A stretch of 64,000 nucleotides of DNA, from positions 186,001-250,000 of IMG/VR virus record IMGVR_UViG_3300050821_002957; one strand, given 5' to 3'. Both the position numbers and the translations under genes were made by a program. Shown here piece after piece: positions 29,846-41,717 of this stretch (positions are counted from its first letter, which is position 1; every line of letters begins with the position of its first letter). The notes under the pieces were generated by a model. That model saw only the letters and a list, made by a program, of their open reading frames with translations, had not been told where the DNA came from and ran no database searches.

Positions 29846-29942
29846 ACTATTAATGTACCACCTGGAGTGATCCTTGTCAAACTTGGTACATACATATTTA
29901 CGAGTTGACAAAGTTACATCTAATATGCTAGGCTAAATCCGC

Positions 29943-30411
29943 ATGATAAAAGTCACGAAAATCATTGAAACGTGCGGAGCCTGTCCTTCGCAGTGGAGTG
30001 GAAGAACTGACGACGACAAATACCTCTACATTCGTTATCGTTGGGGATTTTTACGGATCGAATTAGAGGGTGATACAATATTTGAAGGTACGTTCGGCGA
30101 CAGCCTTGATGGTGTCATGACCTTTGAAGAGCTTGTCGAGCATACCGCACAAGAAATCGATTTTTCTGAAGCAAAATGGGTCGCCAGCAGAGAGGAAGTC
30201 CATGAATTACACTACTTTTGAAAAATTTTTGGAAGAAAAACGTCAAAAAGCTCCAAAAATGAAGAAAATAAACAAGTTTTACTGGTTTTTGGCAATCGGG
30301 ACAGCGTTTTTTTGCATTCTCGTCCAGCTTTATGGCATCTATGCAGAAGCGCAGATGCAAGAAAACTACTGTCAAGGAAAAGCCTTCATCGAACGCCTCT
30401 ATAGCGAATAA
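29943..30411 (+). CDS. Two hypothetical ORFs (29943-30221; membrane protein 30202-30411)
   Basis: Promoter TTGACA 29905; CPSQW motif; hydrophobic helix. Confidence 0.65.
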
Positions 30412-30414
30412 TTT

Positions 30415-30455
30415 TTGATACATCTATTGACTTCGGTCGGCATTTTTGCTAAGAT
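30415..30455 (+). promoter_or_regulatory. Sigma70-type promoter with palindrome
   Basis: TTGATACATCTA-TTGACT-17-TAAGAT with TG extension. Confidence 0.7.
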
Positions 30456-30463
30456 GGACTCAT

Positions 30464-31108
30464 ATGAAACGTGAGATTGCCTACGAAGGAATGAAAACGC
30501 CGTGGGGTAAAGCGCAAAGTGCTCAGGAAGTCATCACTGGCATGTACTTCGTCACCACCGCTGGTCATGGCGGCATGAAGCTCAGTATCAAGTTGAACAA
30601 ACTGATCCCGGACTACATGCGGAACCAGGGTGGATGGTACGAAGAGGACATCGACTGGTGCATTCCTTACGTAATTCTGGCAACTCACGATCTCTTGACC
30701 AATCCCAAGTTTGGTGAAGACGTAGACAAGGCTGTTGCCCTACTTCGGAATTGGAAGCCGATGATGTACGAGCGCTTTTTCGATGTCGTCCTCAAACCCG
30801 GCGAGTCCATGAAGAAGGACGAAATGACATGGCAGTCGTACAACGCCGACAAGTTGCAAGTGCTCGCCGCCTGGGGTTCCGGCCAAAATGTTCGTCTTTC
30901 CCCGCCAGCATACGGTGACGGTCCTCTTGTCGAATACGTAGTCAAGCCGGGTTTCGTTCTCGTAGTCGCTGCTGTCGGCGGTCGCACCAATCACATCACA
31001 GAACACGAAGAGGCATATTATCTTGTGCCCGACGCCGAATATCAGGCTCATGGTCCTCATGGCTTCATCGTCGATCCAACCCATCATCAAAAGGTGAGTC
31101 ATGTTTGA
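30464..31108 (+). CDS. DUF7007-like protein
   Basis: TPWG..TAGHGG..WYEED.DW. Confidence 0.7.
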   Translation: MKREIAYEGMKTPWGKAQSAQEVITGMYFVTTAGHGGMKLSIKLNKLIPDYMRNQGGWYEEDIDWCIPYVILATHDLLTNPKFGEDVDKAVALLRNWKPMMYERFFDVVLKPGESMKKDEMTWQSYNADKLQVLAAWGSGQNVRLSPPAYGDGPLVEYVVKPGFVLVVAAVGGRTNHITEHEEAYYLVPDAEYQAHGPHGFIVDPTHHQKVSHV

Positions 31109-31279
31109 AAATTTGAAACACATCTTAGAAGTTTCGGAGCTTGACATCAAGACCGAATTGAATCGTGTCGAAGCACACCTAGAAACGATTCGAGGAAAAG
31201 CTGATGGTCCGATTCTCCGAGTGTACGAAAATTATCGAGATAAATTGAAGCAACTTTTGAAACAAGAAGGGAAGTAGTC

Positions 31280-32959
31280 ATGCAATTTCAATCACCAGAC
31301 GGCAAGATTGTTGAAGGTTGGATGCAAGCACACCGACCGACCAAGGGTGACATCCTCTACTACAACCAAGAGGGTTTCTTGCAGGCTGTCCGAAACAAAG
31401 AGATGTTGATCACGACGTTCGGTTGGAGTATGCCGGTGACCCATCGTGACACTGGCAAGCTCACTGGTTTCGTCTACGCCAACCGAGACCCTTCAGCCTC
31501 TCTGATCGACACCTGGATTCGCATCATCTACAACGGTGACGAAATTTATCCGGTCATCCAAACCGAGAAGTGCTCTATCTGTGGCCGGATCGCCAAAGGC
31601 ATTCATCCCAGAGAAGGCTGCATCTTCGGTCGCATGGAAAAGGAACGTGCTGAAGAAGCAATTCGTCTCGCAAAATGGCGTGATGATCGTGTCAAAAATC
31701 TTGTTAGTGGATTCTTCGGATATCGAGAAGAGCATCCGACCGTCAACACCATCGTGAAGTGCGCCACCGACATCACACAATACACCGCAGAGGGTGCGTA
31801 TGGCGAGTACCGTATGCATCTCCACCATGTCCTGTCCTTCCACGGCAAAGGCTACATGCCAGCGCTGTATCGAAAGCTGGCACAAGGTGGTATCGAATGG
31901 GAAGGCAACGATAAAGTGTACAAGACTTACGACGAAGCCATCGAAGCCGGAAAGAAATATCTGACAGATCGTGTCAAGCGGGACAACGAATCCTGGGCCA
32001 ATTTTGAAGCACAGCAGGCCGATATCAAGCGCCGGAAAGAAGCAGGAGAATTTGACAACAAATGATGTTGCCAATGTCTCTCTTTGTTGCTCTCATTGCC
32101 TTCTATTTTGCAGTGCGACCGGCATTCAACATCCAAAAGCTGCGAGACGAAGCCTGGGCGACAATTTTGAAGCAACAGGGAAGAACGTTGATTCTCAGAC
32201 AGGAAGTTTGGAATGATTTTAAAGAAAATTTCTGAACGAGCAATGGGCACGCCGGTCGAAGGCATCGAGATTCGCCTGACCACTGCCGAAGCCAAGTTAG
32301 TCCACAAAATTTTGTGTCATGGTGCAGCGAATCCACCAAGAGATCGAAGCGGAAACTCCAACTATGAAGAGCAGGAAACGGCTCGACAATTAGCTATCAA
32401 GATGGAAGAGACCTGGAAGATTCAACTATGAAGAGCAACTATCCACCAGGAATGACAACTGGTCGCAGCGGAACTGACTGGAAAGTGCCTCAGATGTGCG
32501 ACAAAGGTCATGTCTGGACGACACCAATGTTCAACGAGCTTGGTGGCGCTTTCTACGTCGATGAAGACAGTGGGCCGATGTGTCCGCAATGCAAAGGTCT
32601 GGAAACTGGTAACGTTGACCTTGCGGAGCGCACGTACAAAGTCATTTGTGAAGCAGGACAAGCTGACAAGGTTTTGCATGTCGGCCCGGAGGAACCCAGC
32701 TATGCCTTTTAAGGAAGACAATTCGCTTTGCCACTGTGGATGCGGCCAGCTTGCTCGTCTGGTCAAGAATCCCATCAATCGCTTCGAGCAGTTTTGCAAG
32801 GAAATCGAAGCAGGACCATTTTCGATTTTATCCGCCAAAGATGAAATCAAGCAGTACATTCGTCTCTCGATGGAAGATGGTCATCGTCGTGGCTTCCATT
32901 CAGGATATCAAAAAGCTGCGACCGAAGCTGCCGAAGATGCAGCCGGTGAGAGCATATGA
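31280..32959 (+). CDS. Hypothetical ORFs (31280-32065, 32213-32431, 32428-32712, 32702-32959)
   Basis: Co-oriented coupled ORFs. Confidence 0.6.
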
Positions 32960-33135
32960 AAAGAGGCCGAAAACCAAAGTTCACACAAGAAGAGATTGAT
33001 CACATGAAAGAACTCTATCACCGCAAAGAAGGAACTCGGTGGGGCATTGGTGACATCGCTCGTCTGTATCGCACTACGTCGGCGACAGTGAACCGGGCTA
33101 TCGATGGAAAATTGCCTGCGAAAGACGCTGTATGA
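32956..33135 (+). CDS. 59-aa helix-turn-helix DNA-binding protein, absent from the ORF track
   Basis: GRKPKFTQEEI..IGDIARLYRTTSATVNRAI, resolvase-type HTH; ATGA coupling at both ends. Confidence 0.75.
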   Translation: MKRGRKPKFTQEEIDHMKELYHRKEGTRWGIGDIARLYRTTSATVNRAIDGKLPAKDAV

Positions 33136-33749
33136 TTCATCAGGACCAGATTTATCACATGTTCGCCGACACTCGAATGTTTTTCGGCATTCCTAATTTT
33201 TGGAATGTCGTGACGAATCTTCCATTCATTGTCGTTGCGATTTACGGTCTATGTCGTCTCAAAAAAATCAATGACGTGAACGAGATGACAAACAAATACG
33301 TCATCCTGATCGCAACTCTGATGATTGGCCTCGGCTCCAGCTATTATCATTGGAACCCAAATGACAACACTCTGCTGTGGGATCGTCTTCCAATGGCTAT
33401 CGTCTTCATGGGAATTGTTGCCGCCACTCTGAAGAGATTTTATGGTAGTTTGGTCTGCCTCGGAATTGGAAGTGTCTTGTGGTGGCACTTTACCGGCGAG
33501 CTTCTGCCGTATGTCATTGTCCAATTTGGAGCCTTGCTGTTAGTGACCATATTCGACTGGAAACGTCTGTGGGCCGTGATTATGATGTACGCCATAGCAA
33601 AGGTACATGAACACTTCGACCATCAAATCTATCAAGCCTTTCCGCTCAGTGGTCACTCGATGAAACATCTCTTCGCTGCGGCTGCGATCCTGACGTACAT
33701 AAATTTGACGATGGTAGCGAGAAAATATGACGATCTACGACACGAGTAA
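33132..33749 (+). CDS. Alkaline ceramidase-like (CREST) membrane hydrolase
   Basis: NVVTNLPF, GSSYYH, WDRLPM, SGHSMKH; several TM helices. Confidence 0.8.
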   Translation: MIHQDQIYHMFADTRMFFGIPNFWNVVTNLPFIVVAIYGLCRLKKINDVNEMTNKYVILIATLMIGLGSSYYHWNPNDNTLLWDRLPMAIVFMGIVAATLKRFYGSLVCLGIGSVLWWHFTGELLPYVIVQFGALLLVTIFDWKRLWAVIMMYAIAKVHEHFDHQIYQAFPLSGHSMKHLFAAAAILTYINLTMVARKYDDLRHE

Positions 33750-36207
33750 GACCACGAAAAAACCCGGCGAACCAGTCTACGGCAATCAAGTGGAAGCAGA
33801 CCTCGCTCGACTGAATAAAGGTCTGGCGCACGCTGTAAAGAACGACGACAAGACGCTGATCGAATTTTACGGGAAGAAGATCGCTCAACTGAAAGCCGCC
33901 GACCTGATTCAGAAAACAGTGAAAGTGCCGAAGAACCAAAAGAAGAAGGGTAAGAAAAAGAAATGAGCTACTTGAACAAAATGATCGCCACGTTCCTGTG
34001 GATGATTTTCATCTTGATGTACCTCGCCACCGTTTGTTCGGCGGTTGGTATGGGTGCCTTGATCTACATTGGCATTCCATTTAAATGGTGGCATCTTGCA
34101 CCTTGGTGGCATCTTCTTTATGGTGTGATCGTCACTTGTGCATTGGTGCCGCCTATTGTCAAATATGCAGATGTGGTCGGCGTTCCAATAGAAAACTTTT
34201 TGGATGCGATCTGGCAAACAATGAACAACTTTTGGGACAAAGAATGATGGACATTACACTTCCACACTACGTCACTCGGGAAGATGCCGAAATGCTTTTG
34301 CGAGGTTTAGGAGTCAAAGCATTTCGTTGTGTTTGGGATGGTGACTATCGAACCTTGTCGATCAAACCTTACGTACCAGACGAAGTGGACCGGCTGCGAT
34401 TTCAAGCAATGCTCAGAAAGGAAAACTGCCAATGTCAATGACACTACTTGGATATGTAATGAACGAAGCTGGGATCGAAGATCAGGTGATGATGATCAGT
34501 CCCTTTTCGGTCATTCAGATATTCCCGGATGGTTCGGCAATGTTGTATAAAAACAACATGGTCTCCATCGATAAGATCAATCTCTCGCCGACCGACATCA
34601 AATTCATCAAAGAGAGACTTTAATGCCAGTGCCGCTGCCGTACAGAAAACCAAATCCGAATCATACGCAAGAGCAGGCCGATGCCAGAGAGCGCAAGCGT
34701 CAGCGCCGGATCGAAGACCAAAAGCGTAAAGGAACCTACGTCCCGACTCGTGAAGAAGCTCTGTACGATGCATTGGTCCCGGCGTTCAGAGCAGGTATGA
34801 CAAAGGATGAAGTTCGCAATCTGGTCATGGCGGCTCGTATAGTCACCAACATGGGCACTTCTTTTACGCTTGACATGTTTGAGAAAATGTTGGAAGACCT
34901 AATGCAGCAAAACCTTTTCGTCAATGATATCCTGGAAGTGACCGCATTGGAAAAGGAAGGAATCTCGACGCCCATTGTGATCGAGACCGGAATCAAAAAA
35001 TGATCCAGATCCGATTCAGTAATTTTGTTTGTTTTCTCGCCGGATGGCTTGCGGGATGGATCGTCCTTGGGTTTTCGTACTTGGCAGCGAGAGCCGTGGT
35101 CGCTTCAAAACGTCTGAAAAAGTTGGAGGAAAAATATCGTGATTGATCAACTGATTCGTACTCTCAAAGGGGTTCTCCCGGAATCGACCTGGGATTTCAT
35201 CTTTGACCAATTTGAAATGAAGAAGGTTCGTTTTACAGAGCCGGTATATGAAGCTGTCATGCTCAACAGGCGTTACATGCTTGTTCGTGTGACCCAAAAG
35301 GAAAAAGAAGAAAAACCATGAAGACCATTTATGAAGCTACAAAAAATTCTGATCAAACCGAAGGCCGGGGACAGACCGTTCGCATCGCAGCCTTCTCAAA
35401 AGTAAACGATGCTCGACGTGCCGCCAAAGGCCAAGGTGTAATGGGCTACGGCGATGGTGACGTACAGAGCCTCGAAGTCTACGATTCCTTTGAAGAGTAT
35501 GAAGGCGTCAACAAAAAGACTCTTCGTAAACGTGCATTGGCGAAACTTACACCAGAAGAAAAAGAGGCTCTCGAACTCTAATGTACATTCCTGACATGCA
35601 TAACGTTCCGTGGCCGACGCAGCTTGCCTACTGCGCTGTTGTTGTCTTGGTACTGGCAATCGTGCGGATGATCTTCAAAACGAAAGGATAAGTCATGAAC
35701 GAACTTACAAAAAAAAGAGAAGAAGGAAAATTATATTCCGGTAAGATTCCGACCGATTACATTCCACTAATTTCGGACGAACGACTACAAGAACTTGCTC
35801 GTATCCGGCCACTCATTGTTCGCAACGGAAAACGGGTCTATGTGACGAATACAAGCCTCGATGACCTTAAAGGAATAGCCTTCACCTGGGCAGAAGGAAA
35901 GTCTGTCGGTAACGTTGCGAAAGACCTCGAATCGTTTCATACCATCATTACCTATCATACCTGGGCCTATTATGGTTTCTTCAAGCCGACACAGGCCGAA
36001 GTGCTGGCAAAGCTCAATCAAGAATTCACCAACGAGGCTCTTCAAAACGTCGTGGCATACTCGACGCAGGGTCCTGAAACGTCAGACGACTTGAACAAAA
36101 ATCCAGACGTGTTGAACGATGGATACCACGAAGCAGTCACGACTCTCTATCGACAAAAATTTCAGCCTTTACAACCGAAATTGATTTGTGCTAAAATTGA
36201 CGCATGA
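33727..36207 (+). CDS. Run of small hypothetical ORFs (33727-33966, 33963-34247, 34244-34441, 34432-34623, 34623-35003, 35139-35321, 35318-35581, 35695-36207)
   Basis: Tightly packed co-oriented ORFs. Confidence 0.6.
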
Positions 36208-36362
36208 CCGCTGCAAAACAAATTCGCACAATCACACCGCCAACTCATGAAGAAATCGCAGTTCTTGCCTATGAACTGTGGGAAATTCGTGGTTGCCCGG
36301 AAGGGTCCTCTGAAGAGGATTGGTTCTCAGCCGAACGCCAGTTGACCGAAACTGCGTCGTAA
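36204..36362 (+). CDS. DUF2934-family protein (52 aa), absent from the ORF track
   Basis: EEIAVLAYELWEIRGCPEGSSEEDWFSAERQL; extended -10 box 6 nt before ATG. Confidence 0.85.
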   Translation: MTAAKQIRTITPPTHEEIAVLAYELWEIRGCPEGSSEEDWFSAERQLTETAS

Positions 36363-36379
36363 CCAAAACAAAGGAAATT

Positions 36380-37237
36380 ATGGGACGTACTGTCAAGCGA
36401 GTGCCTCTGGATTTCGACTGGGAACTGAATGAGCCGTGGGAAGGGTTTTTGAATCCTCTCTACAAGGCTCGCAAATGTGAATGTGAACATGGCCTGTCCC
36501 CAGAAGGCGAATTCATGCATAAGCAATGGTATGGATACGTCCCATTTTTTCCGAAAAAACCATTCGGCCCGGATCATCCTGCCGTCGTTCGTTTCGCCCA
36601 AAGACAACTGACTAATTCGCCGGAATATTATGGAAAGGGTGACTCTGCTCTACGCCGGGAATGTCAGCGTCTTGCCGGTCTGTTCGACACTCGGTGGTGC
36701 CATCATTTGGACGCCGAAGACGTAAAGGCCCTGGTAGATGGAGGACGCCTCCGCAACTTCACCAGCAGCGCAGAAACGCCACCAGAAGGCACTCTAGTAA
36801 AGTACCCGACACCAGATGCGGTCAACGAATGGAGCATTGGCGGTTTCGGACATGATGCTCTTAATTGTTACATGGTCATCGAAGCCAAATGCCTGCGGCT
36901 AGGTTACCCGTACCAATGTGCTTTGTGCAACGGTCATGCGGCAATTTGGGATAATCCAGAGGAAAAGGCAGCATACGAAGCCTGGGAACCGACCGAACCG
37001 CCGACCGGCCCTGGATACCAATTATGGGAAACGGTTTCCGAAGGCTCGCCGATCTCTCCGGTCTTTGCAACCGAAGAAGATTTTACTCGATATTTGCTCC
37101 AGAGCGGTTATTCTCGTCGAGCCATCCGAAATTTCATCAAATCCGGCTGGGCACCTTCGGCGACGATTGTAGACGGCGAATTGAAGCCGAACATTCACGC
37201 TGCCGAAGATTTTGGGCAACTGAGCATTCAAGCCTAA
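36380..37237 (+). CDS. Conserved phage hypothetical protein
   Basis: MGR.VKRVPLDFDW..GYQLWETVSEGSPISPVFAT. Confidence 0.75.
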   Translation: MGRTVKRVPLDFDWELNEPWEGFLNPLYKARKCECEHGLSPEGEFMHKQWYGYVPFFPKKPFGPDHPAVVRFAQRQLTNSPEYYGKGDSALRRECQRLAGLFDTRWCHHLDAEDVKALVDGGRLRNFTSSAETPPEGTLVKYPTPDAVNEWSIGGFGHDALNCYMVIEAKCLRLGYPYQCALCNGHAAIWDNPEEKAAYEAWEPTEPPTGPGYQLWETVSEGSPISPVFATEEDFTRYLLQSGYSRRAIRNFIKSGWAPSATIVDGELKPNIHAAEDFGQLSIQA

Positions 37238-37260
37238 ATTTCCAGACTTCCTAAATAGTA

Positions 37261-37341
37261 TAGCCGACGCACGCCGAAACCCGTTAGAATAACTTCCAAT
37301 GGGGTCACGGCGAAGCCGTGCGCCGAAGGCGCAAGCGGTTG
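37261..37341 (+). ncRNA. Putative 80-nt late small RNA, or a complex terminator
   Basis: TAAATA 37252 with no start codon after it; closing stem and GAA-loop hairpins. Confidence 0.45.
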
Positions 37342-37357
37342 ACACTTTTGGATATCG

Positions 37358-37897
37358 TTATTCTACTGGTGGAACCTCGATTTGATCTTTGTGGATGAGT
37401 GTAGGGAAGCTCAGATGTGGGAACTGGACGGCGATTGCGTTCGATGCCATCCGATTTTGAATTCCCGGCCAGACGTTCTGAACTCGTTCATCCATCGCAT
37501 CCAACGTCTCAAGTACAGTCCCCTTAGGAACAAAGTGACCGGCAATGTTGCAGCCAAACTTGAGAACAACAGTCTTCATTTTTAAAATCCATCGACAAAC
37601 ACTGCTTGGATCTGCTGCCAGGAAAGCTCAGTCCATCTCCCTTCTTCTTCAATCCACATCCGTACATTTTCAAATCCCTCGTTGAATACTACCGTTCTGT
37701 ATTCTTCGGCGTGGCTGAAAGTAACGTCTGGGCGAGATGGCAATCGGAGCTTGTAGCGCAACATCGAGACTATTTACACGCTCATGCAATTCTTTTGGAA
37801 CCTGAACTGTGATGTCAGATAGGATTATATCCAATCTTGCAATTATTTCGGATCTCGTCGGAACAGGATATTGCTGATTGACGTAAGTAACACTCAT
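37358..37897 (-). CDS. Small hypothetical ORFs (37358-37579, 37582-37764, 37670-37897)
   Basis: TAAATA 6 nt before ATG 37764. Confidence 0.55.
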
Positions 37898-38145
37898 GTC
37901 AAATCGTGCATGAACCGAATCGCAGCGGCGGCGATCTGCATTGCTTCTTCTCGCATCAATTGAGGATTACGAACTTTCTTTTTCTTCTTGACTTCATCCC
38001 ATAGCTCATCGACTTCTTCGTACAGGATGCCCCAGCCTTCATGTGGAGAACTAAAGGGATCATTTTTACTCGCCACTCGACGGACTTCTGCATCGACCAG
38101 CGCATTCATCTCGGCCAACTTCGTTTCGTTAAGCTCTCGTGCCAT
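37894..38145 (-). CDS. MazG-like nucleotide pyrophosphohydrolase
   Basis: SPHEGWGILYEEVDELWDEV..EEAMQIAA. Confidence 0.7.
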   Translation of the reverse strand: MARELNETKLAEMNALVDAEVRRVASKNDPFSSPHEGWGILYEEVDELWDEVKKKKKVRNPQLMREEAMQIAAAAIRFMHDLT

Positions 38146-38208
38146 TATTTCTCCAGGAACTCATTGTGATTCGTTTGCCACATACTCCACACTTCTGACA
38201 GCAAGGTC

Positions 38209-39325
38209 TCACATGCTTTCCTCCTGTTCTGTGACATGAACAGTGGCACGTCGCTGCATTTTCTCGATGATTGCACCCGGAACCTTGACTTCGACCTTCT
38301 TTTCTTTCTTCCAAAAACTCATCCATCCTATCCAGGCGCACGTAGCGTACTGCCCTTTGATTTCCCAACAATTCCCACTGTGCCAATAAATCCGACAGAC
38401 GTATTCTCCATCAGCGTCTTCTGTAAGAGTGACGCCAGCCACAGCTTCAACTTCCACACCATGTTTTGGAGAAAGTCGGAGGATCATGCAAATGCGCTCT
38501 CGACTAACGTCATGATTCTGTCTGGAACCTTAACTACAATCTTAGACCGTTTTTGCGGAGTGTCAAATCGGTAAAGCGTCCCATCTGTATTCATCAACTT
38601 CCGTGTTTCCGAATCAAAAATCAATTTGTGAAATGATCCGTCAAATTTCTTTATCCCTGTTTCGTATAGCATTGCGTTGCTCCCGAACTTCAAAATAAGA
38701 CATCACGAACATGTACTTCAATTTATGATTCAGGCACAATGTCCACTGGACCGGCAGCAGAAGGAAGGGCGGGAATAGACTCTTTGAAGAGGATAGGTTG
38801 AGCTACTTCGTCATAAGGCATCGAAACGATAGAAGCAGCAAGTCTTTGGACACATTCTTTGAGCATCCTGTTGTGCTGCTCGACCGCTTCATCCCATGTC
38901 GAACAACGCTCACAAGGTTCATAATCTTCTTCGCCACCAAAAACCATCGTCTCGAAAAGAATAGGCTCGTTGCTGTCGCCGAAGTTGTGATCGAGAACCA
39001 AGAAAACCGTGCTGACGGTATAGGGACCAACCTTCGTAAAAGCAACCCTGCATTCTTCACGAGACGGCCAGAAGCAATCCAAGTCAAATTCGACCGGGAC
39101 ACGATTAATAAGCTGGTAGGTTTTCTTCATAAAATGCTGCCTTACCCGTTCGTCTTGTCGTCTCCAGCCTTCTGATTTGTAATAACACGCATCTCGATTA
39201 AAGTCTGGTCGTTTTTGTGCAGCAACATAATCTTCCCAAGATTCGATATCAACCTCTGTCAGAAGGGAAGGACGAAACCAAAAATCAAAATCCTGTGGAA
39301 GTACATGATAATACCTGATGATCAC
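38209..39325 (-). CDS. Hypothetical ORFs (38209-38487, 38484-38693, 38723-39325)
   Basis: Last has the VSTVFL.LDH..FETMVFG phage motif. Confidence 0.6.
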
Positions 39326-39693
39326 AACAGCTTCAAGGTTCCTGTGATTTTGTCAACCTCGTCGGCGTAATCCGGCCCAATTGCCAGACACGTCTTCGTT
39401 GGGACACCACCAAATTCCGTATGGCCTGCGTCTGTGATCACATAGGCCGTCAAATTTGCTGCTCGTGCCTTGGCTTCGATCTCCAGCAATTGTGCTTCAG
39501 AATCGACACGAACACAGATTTTTGTCTGACCCTGAATCATCCATTTCGTCTCAATGGATCGGGGACCAGAATCACCCAAAACACAATCGATCAAAAATGC
39601 AATCGAAGCGTGTGCTCCCTGTGCGACCATCTTGCCCTTTCGCATGTTCAGGTCGTTCCGCATTACGATTACTTGTTTGATCTCTTTGCTCAT
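39322..39693 (-). CDS. pth2: Peptidyl-tRNA hydrolase, PTH2 type
   Basis: KQVIVMRNDLNMRKGKMVAQGAHA..DAGHTEF..TCLAIGP..ITGTLKLL. Confidence 0.95.
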   Translation of the reverse strand: MSKEIKQVIVMRNDLNMRKGKMVAQGAHASIAFLIDCVLGDSGPRSIETKWMIQGQTKICVRVDSEAQLLEIEAKARAANLTAYVITDAGHTEFGGVPTKTCLAIGPDYADEVDKITGTLKLL

Positions 39694-41717
39694 CGTTCTA
39701 TACCATCACAACCATTCGTATGTGTGTCACCGTGGGTTGAACCGCACGCACATGTCTTTAGTCTCTTGTTGTTTTGTCCCCTTCCATCCTTCCATTCTAT
39801 CCCAAAAGGACTCTCTTCCCAAGCTGGCTGATGCTGCTTCACTAGGCGTTCGTATTCCTTGATGGGCAAGTAGACGCCAATAGGAGTTTTCTCTCGTCCT
39901 GACACCAGCAGCGTCGGACCCTTCCCCGCCCACTTCTTGAACTTCTCGACACTCTGCGCTGAGATGTGTTTCAGTTCCGACATTAAAGCTGTTTTCATTG
40001 CTTTCTCTTTTCTTAAGCCATTCAGTTTCGACATTATTATTGGAAATGATTCTTCGTATGCCATCAATAAAAAAGACGGCTGTGAACGTACCATCTTCAA
40101 AGTAGTCGATGCCGTATTCAGTACAACAATAATCGGCGTAATATCCGATAGGTACAACCTCTTTACGTCCTCTGTCCAAATTGGATCTTTATGAGCACAG
40201 AATGTCTCATAGACACGCCGGTCATTGATTACGCAAGACTCGTTAACACCGTTGTACGTTATCCAAGTGTCTGTCATAACGTCGAGATGTCATGTTCGGC
40301 AACCGCTTGATGCAATTCGTCTACGTTGATAACCGGAGGCGTCTGAATTGCCAGATCAGAAACTAGGGTCGCTCTTTTGCTGTCGGCGACGAGTTTTTTC
40401 ATTTCTGCCTTGGCCTTTTCAATGGCTGCTTCTGGAATCTCTTCGGCAACGTCACCAAATTCGTCATTGGTCCATTTACTGTCGTTCGATATCGGAGTCC
40501 CATTGACATCGACCAGTACCCATTCGGCGTGACCTTCTTCTGTTTCGATGCCGACATCGGTGCCCATGACAAACCATTCGATGCTGCTGGTGATCTCTTC
40601 CATCATCTTGACAACTTGCTTGATGGTGTTGATCATGTCTACATTGTCATCATCTGCGGTGGACCATGCACTGATCGAAACTGGTTCACGATTGGGAATG
40701 TTGACAGTGACCTTGCCGTCCTCTTCGATGACGACCTTTACCTTTTCGATAGGGGTGTCTTCCATTTCGACACAAAAGTCGCAGGTACATTTTTCTTCTT
40801 CGTCAACCTGCTGTTGCTCGGCTTGGACAAAACTGCCGGGATCGATTCCTACGTCAAAATTTTCGTTTTGCTGCTCGCTCATAACTTTTTGCTCCTTCGC
40901 ATGTGCTGCCTCACAACGACAGCAACAGAATGAGTTTTCCATCCGAACCTCTGCACACCGCTTACAATAACGAACGTCTGTACAACAGGTATTCCCATCA
41001 TTGTTTGGCGTCTTCAAAATTTGACAGACTGGACAGCTATCGTCACCACTACACAAGATGTAAGGCAAACCGTTCCTTTCCACGTCTTCTTTCCACTCGT
41101 CAAGTTCTAGTTCGCTTTCAAACCACAATCCGTCATAATTTGCGATATGAAAAATGACGCTCAGATTGCCTCCGCACCCTTTGGGACTTCCTTGACGACG
41201 GTAAATTTCAATGCGTTTCGTGGGACCTCGGCGATCACGTCACAAATGCGCTCATAGGCAAACTCCTGACTATCCGCCTTCACGTACAGTGTTGCCTTCT
41301 GTCCCTCGACTTTGTAGATTGCCATTTTTCAATTGTACCAGAATGTGTGTCGGAACTTCTACTGTCACTTCGACCAACGGAGGCTCGCCAAAAATACTTC
41401 GGAGTAACTCTTCTTTCCATCGCCATTGTAGCTCATCGAATAACTGCCTCTTAGTAGGTCGGGCGTCCATCAATTAACCAAATGACGTAAGGAATCACGA
41501 AAGTCCACATGAAGACTGCCATTGCACCAAAAACAAAACCGCCAGATTGAAAGGCGTATTCGATCATAATGCACGCCATAATGACAGCCATTGCAATGTG
41601 ACCTTCATAGCGTTTCTTTGTGTCGAAGAAATTTTTCCAAATTGAAATAATGTTCATTATAATGCTCCAATGTCCTCGCCGGGTTCTTCCATGTGCTCTC
41701 GCATGAAACCGTTCCAA
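39690..41717 (-). CDS. Hypothetical ORFs (39690-40277, acidic Cys-rich 40274-41128, 41270-41473, membrane 41451-41657)
   Basis: Co-oriented ORFs. Confidence 0.55.

Noticed and set aside
30202-30411. Capsid-targeting-like start MNYTTFEKFLEE
   Set aside because: The protein has a TM helix and lies in a sigma70-type operon, so it was not counted as an internal protein
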